Virus record (IMG/VR): IMGVR_UViG_3300039916_000028
Location: 1 to 42,767 of that record
Strand: one strand, 5' to 3'
DNA: 42,767 nucleotides
From: a virus
Taxonomy: Duplodnaviria > Caudoviricetes
Both the position numbers and the translations under genes were made by a program. The notes below the pieces were generated by a model. It was given only the letters and a program-made list of their open reading frames with translations, did no database searches and was not told where the DNA came from. Positions 35,113-42,767 of this stretch are shown here, piece by piece (positions within the stretch are counted from its first letter, which is position 1; each line of letters starts with the position of its first letter).

Positions 35113-35168
35113 ATGCGTTCCTCGTGAGAGCATGACGCTGCTTGCGCGCGCGCGCGATCCTGCGGGCC
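35113..35168 (+). promoter_or_regulatory. Late promoter upstream of gp46
   Basis: ATGCGTTCCTCGTGAGAGCAT (35113-35133), 22 nt, GATCCT, 7 nt, ATG 35169. The spacer is very similar to that of the 13459 copy. Confidence 0.7.
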
Positions 35169-35642
35169 ATGTTCTGCGACATCGCCCTGCAGTACGACCC
35201 GGACACCCGGCGCTGCGACCTCGTCTTCGAGAACGGCGATCTCAGGATCGACCGCACGCCCGCCACGCCCATGCTGCTCAGCCTCGGCCTCGACCGGCGG
35301 GCGGAGCCGGATGACGTCCTTCCCGACAGCCTGACCGAAGGCACGATCAGCAGCCGCTTCGATCCGCGCCGCGGCTGGGTTGGCGATGCCCTTGACACAC
35401 AGGGCCGCCGCGCCGGCAGCCGCCTCTGGCTCCTCGACCGCGAGAAGAACGACGCGGCCCAGAAGGACCAGACCCGCCTCCGCGCCCTGGGCTATGCCTC
35501 CCAGGCCCTGGCCTGGCTGCAGGACGATCGCGGCGTCACCGTCTCCGTCGCCGCCGAATGGTCGAGGCGGGAGCGGCTGCTGCTGACCTGCCGGGTCGAG
35601 CAGACCACGGTCGTCCTGCCCGTGGCGGGGACCAGCGCGTGA
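35169..35642 (+). CDS. Baseplate protein (Mu gp46)
   Basis: RRGWVGDAL, GSRLWLLDREK and YASQALAWL. Confidence 0.88.
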   Translation: MFCDIALQYDPDTRRCDLVFENGDLRIDRTPATPMLLSLGLDRRAEPDDVLPDSLTEGTISSRFDPRRGWVGDALDTQGRRAGSRLWLLDREKNDAAQKDQTRLRALGYASQALAWLQDDRGVTVSVAAEWSRRERLLLTCRVEQTTVVLPVAGTSA

Positions 35643-36652
35643 GCGGCGCGACGTCTCAGGAGATCCTGGAGGCGGCAAGCGAGGCCCGGGAGGTCGCGGC
35701 CCGGGCGCTGGATCATGCCCGCGCCGCCTCGGGGCAGTCGGCCGTCGCTACCGGCCGCGCCGACCGTGCCGCCGACACCGCCCAGAAGAGCGAGACCTCG
35801 GCTGCCCAGGCCATGATGGTCGCGGTCGAGGTGCATGCCGAGCTGCGAGCCGCCGCCGGGCTGGAGCCGGACCCGGACCATATCTTCAAGGCCACCCAGA
35901 TCCAGCTGGCGCTGGTCAGCACTACGGCACGCGAGGCGGCCGATTCCGCTGGCCGCGAGGCTGGCGAGGATGCCGGCCGGCTGGCCGCAGAGGCCGTGGT
36001 GGCCGAGATGCCCGACCAGATCGCCCAGCTTCAGGCGCAGGTGGTGCAGCTGCTCTACGTGCCCCCGGCCATCACCGCCTTCAGCGCTTCGCCTGCCGTG
36101 GCCGAGGTGGGCGCCAGCGTCGCGCAGGTGACGCTGGCCGTCACCCGCAGCCGGATGGACCTGCCAGTGCAGATCACCGGCACCTCCACCGCCACCATCC
36201 CGGCAGGTCAGAGCAGCATCACGGTCGCCGGTCCCTTCACCGCGGCCTCCAGCTGGACCGCCCGCGTCACCGATCCGGCCCCGCCGGCCGGGCAGGCGGA
36301 TACCGCTACGGCGAGCGCCGCGCTGACCTTCCGGCACAGGCGCTACTGGGGCGTCTCCGCCAGCCAGGCACTCGATGGCGCCGGCATCCTGGCCCTGGGG
36401 AACAGCGAGTTCGCCACCGGCTTCGGGCCGAAGAGCGTCACCTATAACTGCGACGGCGGCCGGTATCCCTACTACGCCTATCCGGCGGCCTGGGGCACGC
36501 CCGACGGCGTGAGCGTGGGCGGCCTCGCCTTCAGCGACGTCACCGTCACCGACATCCCCTTCGTGAACGCCTCCGGCGCGACCGAGACCTTCCGCGTGCT
36601 GCGCTTCGGCAGGCTGCAGAACGGCTCCGCAATCCAGGTGGTTTGGCAGTAA
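35639..36652 (+). CDS. Putative tail appendage/adaptor protein (Ala-rich coiled coil plus Ig-like beta domain)
   Basis: GTGA-coupled to gp46; PPAITAFSASPAVAEVG begins a beta-rich C-terminal half. Confidence 0.6.
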   Translation: MSGATSQEILEAASEAREVAARALDHARAASGQSAVATGRADRAADTAQKSETSAAQAMMVAVEVHAELRAAAGLEPDPDHIFKATQIQLALVSTTAREAADSAGREAGEDAGRLAAEAVVAEMPDQIAQLQAQVVQLLYVPPAITAFSASPAVAEVGASVAQVTLAVTRSRMDLPVQITGTSTATIPAGQSSITVAGPFTAASSWTARVTDPAPPAGQADTATASAALTFRHRRYWGVSASQALDGAGILALGNSEFATGFGPKSVTYNCDGGRYPYYAYPAAWGTPDGVSVGGLAFSDVTVTDIPFVNASGATETFRVLRFGRLQNGSAIQVVWQ

Positions 36653-39030
36653 TGGCTCGTCTTGCCGGCACCGGCGTCTCCGCGCCGCTGGTCACTCCCG
36701 ACGACCGGGACACGCATCCGACCCATCTCGCGAAGTACGGCCAGGGCGGCTACCGCTCGGTCAAGACGCTGGCCGAGCGCAATGCCATCCCGGCCGAGCG
36801 GCGCGAGGATGGCATGGTGGTGCGCGTCACCGCCGACCCGGTCGCGGCGAACAACCGCCCCTGGAAGCTGCTCGCCGACCTCGTGACTTGGGAGGACGAC
36901 AGCAACAACACCCAGCTCGCGGCGGCCGAGGCGCAGGCGGCGGCCGACGCCGCGGCGCTGGCTGAGCAGAAGCGGTCGGATGCCGCGAGCGCGGCTAACC
37001 AGGCTGCGCTCGATGCGGCTACCGCCAATGCCCAGCGCGCGGCGGCCGAGCTGGCCCGGGCACTGGCCGAGGCCGCCCAGACCAATACGGAGCAGGTGGT
37101 CGGTACAGTCCGAGGCAAGACGAGCCGTTCCGGCGTGCCGCTGGCCCTGACGGACGATGTCGGCTTCTGGATCGCCTACTTCACCGCGCTCGGCGACTTC
37201 GTTGCCGCCGGCGGGAAGCTGAACGCCGATGGCAGCCTGGACACCGGCTTGTTCAGGATGCTGTCCCTGGCCGATGGCAGCCTGCGGCTGAAGGATGCGG
37301 CGGGGTTCGTCCGCTTCCTGGTTGACGCCACCGGGGGCCTGTTCGCACCCGGTATCAGCGTCACCCCGGATGGGCTGATTCGGGCCGGCAGCACGCTTTT
37401 CGATCCCGCCGGCGTCCTCGCCCTGGGGCCGCATAGCCTCGGTGCGGATGGTAGTCTCAACCTTCCGCAGATCGCGGTCCTGCCCACCACGTCCGCAGGT
37501 TTCCGCATCCGTGACCCGGCCGGCTTCGTGGCATGGCAGGTCGACACCACCGGCCTTGCCAGTGGAAGCAGCGGTGGGTCGTCCAGCACCGGCTTCACCG
37601 CCACCGAGATCATCGAGCGTGATGCCCGGGCGCGAGCCGCCTCAGCCGAGCCCTCCCGAAGCTATGTCGGCTCCATCGCGCCGCTCACCGCCCAGATCAT
37701 CCACTTCCTGGTTTACGGCCAGTCGCTTTCCTGCGGCTACGAGGGGCACCCGCGCATCACCAAGGCGCAGCCCTACGACAACCTGATGCTGGGCCTATCC
37801 GTCCACTACGGGAACAGCGCCACGCAATGGCCGCCGATCGGCGACAACACCTTCCACGACCTGGTGGCGACCGTCGTGGGCGACAGCGGCGTGATGAGCG
37901 ATACCGACGTCGCGGCGCTGGCCTGGCAGGACGACAATCGCGGCGAGACGGTGGGCGAGACCGCGCTTTCCTTCCTGCGGCGCGCCTTCCTGGATGGCCT
38001 CGGGATCACCGCCACCACCTCCAGCCCCTACACGGCACGGCGCTTCCTGTGCAGCGAGGCCGGCTCCGGCGGCCAGACCATCGAAGTTCTGAGCCCCGGC
38101 AACGACCCGACGCGCTATCCCCGCATCGTGGACTGCGCCACGCGGGCGAAGGCCGCCGCCACCGCAGCCGGGCTGAGCTACGGGATCGGGGCCTATCTGT
38201 GGCTGCAGGGCGAGGCCAACGCCAACAGCGCGGACGCCGCCAATACCGCCGCCGCCTACAAGGCGAAGCTCGCGACGCTGAAGGCGGCCCTGCACACCGA
38301 CATCGCGGTCGGCATCGCCGGGCAGGACCGGCCGGCCGCCTTCTTCACCTACCAGACCGGCGGCACCTACATCAGCGCCACCTATGGCGTCGGCGTCGCG
38401 CAGGGCCAGTGGGAGTTCGCCGAGGAGAACGAGGACACGGTGATGGTCGGGCCGGTCTATCCGATGCCTGACAAGTACGGCCACCTCAGCGCGAACGGCT
38501 ATCGTTGGATGGGCGAATACTTCGGCAAGGCGATGCGCGAGACGCTGCTGCTGCGTCGCAAGTTCCGTCCGCTCTGCCCGATCCGCGCCTCCTATCGGAG
38601 CAGCGAGATCCTGATCGAGTTCAACGTACCCCGGCCGCCGCTGCAATGGGGCAAGCCCTGGCTCATGACCACAGGCGCCGGGCCCAGCATGGTGGCCATG
38701 GACTTCGACAACAAGGGCTTCGTGGTCGAGGACGACGCGGGCCTCATGACCGCCGTCACGCCGGTCCTGGCCGGGGATTGCTGCGTCAAGCTGACGCTGC
38801 CGCGCGCTATCAGCAGCGCCGCGCAGAAGCCCGTCATCCGCTACGGCACGAACGCCACGCGCGGCTCGGGCTGTCTCATGGACAGCGATCCGACCCTGTC
38901 CCACGGGCTCTACACCTATGACCCGGACAGCGGCGCCAAGGATGCCGACAACATCCCCGAGCTGAACGGCCGACGCTATCCGCTCAACAACTGGTGCGTG
39001 ATCTTCGAGATCACCGCCACTCCGGCCTGA
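36652..39030 (+). CDS. Tailspike with SGNH / sialate-O-acetylesterase-like domain
   Basis: GQS block (FLVYGQSLS), WLQGEAN and DKYGH (DxxH); N-terminal coiled coil and beta repeats. Confidence 0.8.
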   Translation: MARLAGTGVSAPLVTPDDRDTHPTHLAKYGQGGYRSVKTLAERNAIPAERREDGMVVRVTADPVAANNRPWKLLADLVTWEDDSNNTQLAAAEAQAAADAAALAEQKRSDAASAANQAALDAATANAQRAAAELARALAEAAQTNTEQVVGTVRGKTSRSGVPLALTDDVGFWIAYFTALGDFVAAGGKLNADGSLDTGLFRMLSLADGSLRLKDAAGFVRFLVDATGGLFAPGISVTPDGLIRAGSTLFDPAGVLALGPHSLGADGSLNLPQIAVLPTTSAGFRIRDPAGFVAWQVDTTGLASGSSGGSSSTGFTATEIIERDARARAASAEPSRSYVGSIAPLTAQIIHFLVYGQSLSCGYEGHPRITKAQPYDNLMLGLSVHYGNSATQWPPIGDNTFHDLVATVVGDSGVMSDTDVAALAWQDDNRGETVGETALSFLRRAFLDGLGITATTSSPYTARRFLCSEAGSGGQTIEVLSPGNDPTRYPRIVDCATRAKAAATAAGLSYGIGAYLWLQGEANANSADAANTAAAYKAKLATLKAALHTDIAVGIAGQDRPAAFFTYQTGGTYISATYGVGVAQGQWEFAEENEDTVMVGPVYPMPDKYGHLSANGYRWMGEYFGKAMRETLLLRRKFRPLCPIRASYRSSEILIEFNVPRPPLQWGKPWLMTTGAGPSMVAMDFDNKGFVVEDDAGLMTAVTPVLAGDCCVKLTLPRAISSAAQKPVIRYGTNATRGSGCLMDSDPTLSHGLYTYDPDSGAKDADNIPELNGRRYPLNNWCVIFEITATPA

Positions 39031-39044
39031 GGAGAGCCATCGTC

Positions 39045-39848
39045 ATGGGTATCGATCTGGTGGCCAAGGGCGCCGACTTCTCCGCCAATGCGATTGGTTA
39101 CGAGGCGCCTGTCACCCGCGGCCTGCGGTACTGGGGGTTCATCGGCGGCGGCACTTCCTCCGACGCCACCGCCCGCGCCACTCGCATGAAGAAGAACTGG
39201 CTTTCCGGCGGTGCGAACGCGGCGCTAATTGGCGCCGTCAGCGTCAACGACTACTTCGCCTCGGGCTTCAAGAGCGGCGCCAACTACTTGGATACGGGCA
39301 TCGCCGAGGAGGACAGCCAGACGCTGCTGCTGGTGAGCCGTGTTCCCGGCGCTACCGCCAGCAACCCGACCACCGACCTTTCCGCCAACGCATCCCGGCC
39401 GATGATGGCGGGCAATGGCGGTTCGACAGCTCTGCCCGGCTGGAACCTCTATTATTCCAGCACGCCGGGGCTGCCGCAGGGGACGCTTTCCTTCACCTAC
39501 TACGTGGATGCCTCCGGCACGGTGACACAGGTCAGTTCCACGACGCTGACGGTTCCCGACGTCACGGCCTGGAAGTGCCATGCAGCGGTCATCGAGAGTG
39601 GGGTCGGTTCCCGCGTGCGGGGCCTGACCTCCGGCACCAATACCGGCGTGAAGGCGGAGGCTCGCACCCGCGTGAAAGGTGCCACACCGATCCGGATCGG
39701 CGCGGGCGGCCGCTCCGACTTTGCCGGTCTCCACGATATCGCCTTTGCCGCACTCTATGGCGTCGCCCTGACCGATGCCGAGATCGACACGGTCTATGCG
39801 GCGGTGAAGAGCTACCTCGCGGCTCGTCCGACGCCGATCGCGATCTGA
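39045..39848 (+). CDS. LamG/ConA-like lectin-fold tail accessory protein
   Basis: Beta-rich, ends DIAFAALYGVALTDAEIDTVY; GAGGAG RBS; follows the esterase spike. Confidence 0.6.
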   Translation: MGIDLVAKGADFSANAIGYEAPVTRGLRYWGFIGGGTSSDATARATRMKKNWLSGGANAALIGAVSVNDYFASGFKSGANYLDTGIAEEDSQTLLLVSRVPGATASNPTTDLSANASRPMMAGNGGSTALPGWNLYYSSTPGLPQGTLSFTYYVDASGTVTQVSSTTLTVPDVTAWKCHAAVIESGVGSRVRGLTSGTNTGVKAEARTRVKGATPIRIGAGGRSDFAGLHDIAFAALYGVALTDAEIDTVYAAVKSYLAARPTPIAI

Positions 39849-39858
39849 TCCACCCGCC

Positions 39859-40914
39859 GTGACCTGGCCGCTCCCTCAGCCGGACGAGATCAGCGAGCGC
39901 TACTCGGCCGCATTCGAAGGGTCCGACCTCTTCGAGGGCGCCGATGCGCGCTCGCCGAACACGCTCTTCGGCATCCTTTCCCGGACCAGCGGCAGCAGCC
40001 TCTTCGAGCTGTACCTGTACCAGCGCAGCCTGGCCGACGAGCTGATGCCCGACACGGCCCAGGACTGGCTCTACCGGCATGCCGATATCTGGGGCGTGCC
40101 CCGGATCGAGGCCAAGACGGCCTCCGGCCAAGTGGTCTTCACCGGCTCGGCCGGGCTTTCGCTCGCGAGCGGGATCGAGCTGCAGTTGTCCGGTGTCCTC
40201 TGGATCACCACGGCCAGCGCCACCCTGGACAGCCAGGGCGCGGCCACCGTGCCCGTGACCGCCCAGGTGGCGGGCACCTCCGGCAACGTCTCGGCCGGCA
40301 CCATTCTCTCCCTGGTCTCGCCCATCTCCGGGCTGACCAGCCAGACGGCGACCGTGGGTGCGGACGGGCTGACCGGCGGCGCCGAGATCGAGAAGCTTGA
40401 GGTCTGGCGCGCCCGAATCCTGAAGCGCATTCGCCAGCCGCCCCATGGCGGCAAGGCCACCGACTATGAGGAATGGGCGGCCGGGGGTGGGGCCGCCTAT
40501 GTGAACGTCGTCCCGTCCTGGGTTGGCGCGGGCTCGGTCGGCGTGGTGGTCGCGATGTCCGGTCCCCGGGTGCCGACCTCGGCCGAGCTGGCCGCGATCG
40601 CGGCGGCCGTCGAGGCGGAGCGGCCGGTGACGGCCGAGGTCTCCGTGGTGCCGGCCGTCCTGCGCAGCGTGCCGATCCTGCTGGAAATGAACCCGGATAC
40701 CGCCGCCGTCCGCGCGGCGGCCGAGGCGGCGATCGAGCTGTTCTTCCTGCAGGAGCAGACCATCGCCGGCACGCTCTATCTCTCCCGCCTCTCCGAAGCG
40801 ATCAGCTCGGCGGCCGGCGAATACAGCCACCGCCTCCTCAGCCCGACGGGCAACGTGGTGCCCGCGCGGACGGAGCTGCTCGTGCCCACCGTCACCTTCC
40901 AGAGCCCGGCATGA
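39859..40914 (+). CDS. Baseplate J-like wedge protein (Mu gp47)
   Basis: LMPDTA, GLTGGAEIE and PPHGGKATDYEEWA. Confidence 0.9.
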   Translation: MTWPLPQPDEISERYSAAFEGSDLFEGADARSPNTLFGILSRTSGSSLFELYLYQRSLADELMPDTAQDWLYRHADIWGVPRIEAKTASGQVVFTGSAGLSLASGIELQLSGVLWITTASATLDSQGAATVPVTAQVAGTSGNVSAGTILSLVSPISGLTSQTATVGADGLTGGAEIEKLEVWRARILKRIRQPPHGGKATDYEEWAAGGGAAYVNVVPSWVGAGSVGVVVAMSGPRVPTSAELAAIAAAVEAERPVTAEVSVVPAVLRSVPILLEMNPDTAAVRAAAEAAIELFFLQEQTIAGTLYLSRLSEAISSAAGEYSHRLLSPTGNVVPARTELLVPTVTFQSPA

Positions 40915-41507
40915 GCCGGTCGGATGCCATCGTCCTGGCGGAGCTGCTCTCGCTCCTGCCGCCAGGCTGGGTTCTGCCGCGCGACCCGGACAGCATCCTC
41001 GGCAAAACCCTGACCCCGCATGCCCGCGAGATCGCCCGATTCGAGGTGGCGGCCGAGGCGATGCTGGAGGAGGTGGACCCGCGCAGCGCGGCGAACCTGC
41101 TGGCGGACTTCGAGCGCGTCCTGGGGCCGGATCCCTGCGCGTCCGACACGGCCATGTCGCTCGGCGATCGCCGGAAGACGGCCCATCAGCGTTGGACCGC
41201 CCGGGGCGGGGTGAGCATCGCCTGGTTCAAGGCGCTGGCCGAGAGCCTGGGCGTCACCATCGAGATCACGGAAATCCGCCGTTCGGTCGTCGGCCGCATC
41301 CGTGCCGGGCACCGGGTCGTGGAGCACCCCGAGCAGTTCGTCTGGCTGGTGCAGCTGCCAGGGGTGCGCGTGGTCCCCTTCCGGGCCGGCGCCAGCTCGG
41401 CCGGCGATCGCCTGGGCGCCTTCGTCACATCCCCCCTGGAGTGCGTCATCCGCCGCTTCGCGCCGGCGCACACCGTCCCTGTCTTCTCCTACACGGGTGA
41501 TTCCTGA
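40911..41507 (+). CDS. Baseplate wedge protein (Mu gp48/YmfQ, DUF2313)
   Basis: LLPPGW, LLADFERVLG and LECVIRRFAPAHT. Confidence 0.9.
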   Translation: MSRSDAIVLAELLSLLPPGWVLPRDPDSILGKTLTPHAREIARFEVAAEAMLEEVDPRSAANLLADFERVLGPDPCASDTAMSLGDRRKTAHQRWTARGGVSIAWFKALAESLGVTIEITEIRRSVVGRIRAGHRVVEHPEQFVWLVQLPGVRVVPFRAGASSAGDRLGAFVTSPLECVIRRFAPAHTVPVFSYTGDS

Positions 41508-42337
41508 TGGATCGCATCAACGGCCTCGGCACGGTCGACATCGGCGGCGGCCGTCGCGGCTTCCGCTCCGAGAACCTGGCGGCAGGCATCGAGGGGACCG
41601 AGGTCACCGCGACCTGGCTGACCGACATGCAGGAGGAGCTGATCGCTCCCATCCTCTCCGCCGGCCTGACCCTGGACCCCACGAAGCGCAACCAGCTGCT
41701 GGAGGCGCTGCAGTTCCTCATCCGCGGCAAGATCGACATCTTCGCCACCCAGGGCACCTACACCGTCTCTATCCCCACCTGGGCGACCGCAGCCGATGTG
41801 ATCGTCACGGGTGCCGGCGGCGGGTCGGGTGGCAGTCCCGGAGGCCAGGCCTCCGGCGGCGGCGGCGGCGGCGGGACGGCGATCAGGCGCGTCACGGGGC
41901 TCGTGCCCGGAGGTAGCGTCTCGGTCACGGTCGGCGCGCCGGGAACGGCCGGCGACACGTCCGGCAGCGGCGCCTCAGCGAATGGCGGCCAGGGCGGGGC
42001 ATCCTCCTTCGGGGGCTTCTGCTCCGCGAGCGGCGGCTATGGCGGCCTGATCTACGCGGCAGGCCCGGCCGGTGGCGCCGGCGGGAACGGGGTCGGCGGC
42101 GACCTGAACATCCCCGGCGGATACGGCAGCGACGGCCAGGCCAATGGCTCCGGCTTCGGCGGGCTCGGCGGCGTATCCTATTGGGGCGGTGGCGGAAGGT
42201 CGGCCTCTGGCGGCACCGGCGGCGCAGCCATCCCGGGCCAGGCGCCCGGGTCCGGGGCGGGCGGGGTCTATGGTCCCAACGCGCAGTCCGGCGCATTTGG
42301 CGCGCCCGGCATCGTCCACATCATCTGGAGGCCCTGA
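41507..42337 (+). CDS. Short tail fibre protein with glycine-rich domain
   Basis: Fibre N-terminus (GTEVTATWLTDMQEEL...NQLLEAL), then GAGGGSGG/GGGGG repeats. Confidence 0.8.
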   Translation: MDRINGLGTVDIGGGRRGFRSENLAAGIEGTEVTATWLTDMQEELIAPILSAGLTLDPTKRNQLLEALQFLIRGKIDIFATQGTYTVSIPTWATAADVIVTGAGGGSGGSPGGQASGGGGGGGTAIRRVTGLVPGGSVSVTVGAPGTAGDTSGSGASANGGQGGASSFGGFCSASGGYGGLIYAAGPAGGAGGNGVGGDLNIPGGYGSDGQANGSGFGGLGGVSYWGGGGRSASGGTGGAAIPGQAPGSGAGGVYGPNAQSGAFGAPGIVHIIWRP

Positions 42338-42338
42338 G

Positions 42339-42767
42339 GTGAAGGCGCTCAGGGGCGCCTGGAACCGCCTCCGCGCCGCCCGCGCCACCCTCGCGCTGGA
42401 ACGGCCGCCGTTCTGGCTGGGACTGCTGTCCGGCGCCACCGCCGCGGCTTGGTCGTCCTATGTCCATTGGGTGGTGGGCGAGCTGGCGGACCGGCCCGGC
42501 TATCGCGCCCTGGTCCGCGTCGCGCCCGACCAGGTCTGGGAGGCGCTGGGCATGCTGGGCGGCCTGCTGCAGATCCTGGCGGTGCTGTTCGGGGTGCTGC
42601 CGGCGCAGCGATGGATCGCCCTGGCCATGGTCGGCTTCTGGCTGCTGGTGGCCGATGGCATGCACGCCAGCTCCCCCAGCAGCCCCGGCGTGACCTTTCC
42701 CTTGGTCCTGGCGGCTGGGAACTTGGTGGTCTGCCTGCTCACCCCCGGCCGGCTGCTGCGGCCGTGA
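42339..42767 (+). CDS. Multi-pass (about 4 TM) membrane protein
   Basis: GGAGG upstream of GTG 42339; four hydrophobic segments; stop at the window edge. Confidence 0.6.
   Translation: MKALRGAWNRLRAARATLALERPPFWLGLLSGATAAAWSSYVHWVVGELADRPGYRALVRVAPDQVWEALGMLGGLLQILAVLFGVLPAQRWIALAMVGFWLLVADGMHASSPSSPGVTFPLVLAAGNLVVCLLTPGRLLRP

Larger units (their letters stand above)
1515..42767 (+). mobile_element. Mu-like transposable prophage (myovirus-type tail), right end not in window
   Basis: DDE transposase plus MuB ATPase, ner, gam, gemA, Mor/C, and head, tail and baseplate genes in Mu order. Confidence 0.97.

Noticed and set aside
120-42742. Numerous long overlapping ORFs in alternative frames and strands (e.g. 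13778-15592, 15714-17483, 26785-28431 on the minus strand)
   Set aside because: These are expected shadows of high-GC codon bias, with low-complexity translations overlapping genes that have clear family motifs.
41507-42767. Invertible G segment, DGR, or mom/methylase module
   Set aside because: No invertase, inverted gix-like repeats, reverse transcriptase or methylase is visible in the window. Such genes could lie beyond 42767.
1-42767. CRISPR array, rRNA or canonical tRNA genes
   Set aside because: I saw no regularly spaced repeat-spacer units or canonical RNA gene signatures.

Overview
The window holds the 3' part of a host tannase/feruloyl-esterase gene (1-1497), followed by almost all of a Mu-like (transposable, contractile-tail) prophage in a very GC-rich host. 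The host is probably alphaproteobacterial, inferred from gene content and promoter style. The prophage left end appears to be at TGT 1515; the right end lies beyond the window. Gene order: S24-type repressor, ner, ParB-like gene, MuA, MuB, gam, gemA, accessory early genes, Mor/C activator, GH108 lysis block, terminase, portal, gpF, gpG, an antisense two-gene moron, protease/scaffold, capsid, neck, sheath, tube, chaperone, tape measure, baseplate and tail fibre. The strongest unexplained signal is at 19384-20871. gpF (MuF) carries a C-terminal BECR-type (PBECR-like) putative RNase domain but has no protein immunity gene. It is instead abutted by a convergent ~96-nt cloverleaf, tRNA-like RNA with its own sigma70-type promoter, making this a candidate toxin plus RNA-antitoxin (or RNA-partner) module. 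Other highlights are a ParB/Srx-fold + HNH moron (candidate defence pair), four copies of a 21-bp late-promoter dyad at fixed spacing to -10 boxes (three imply leaderless late mRNAs), a perfect 29-bp palindrome inside the parB-like gene, and a three-gene SGNH-esterase tailspike cassette inserted into the baseplate operon. All calls come from reading motifs and synteny by eye; no database searches were run.
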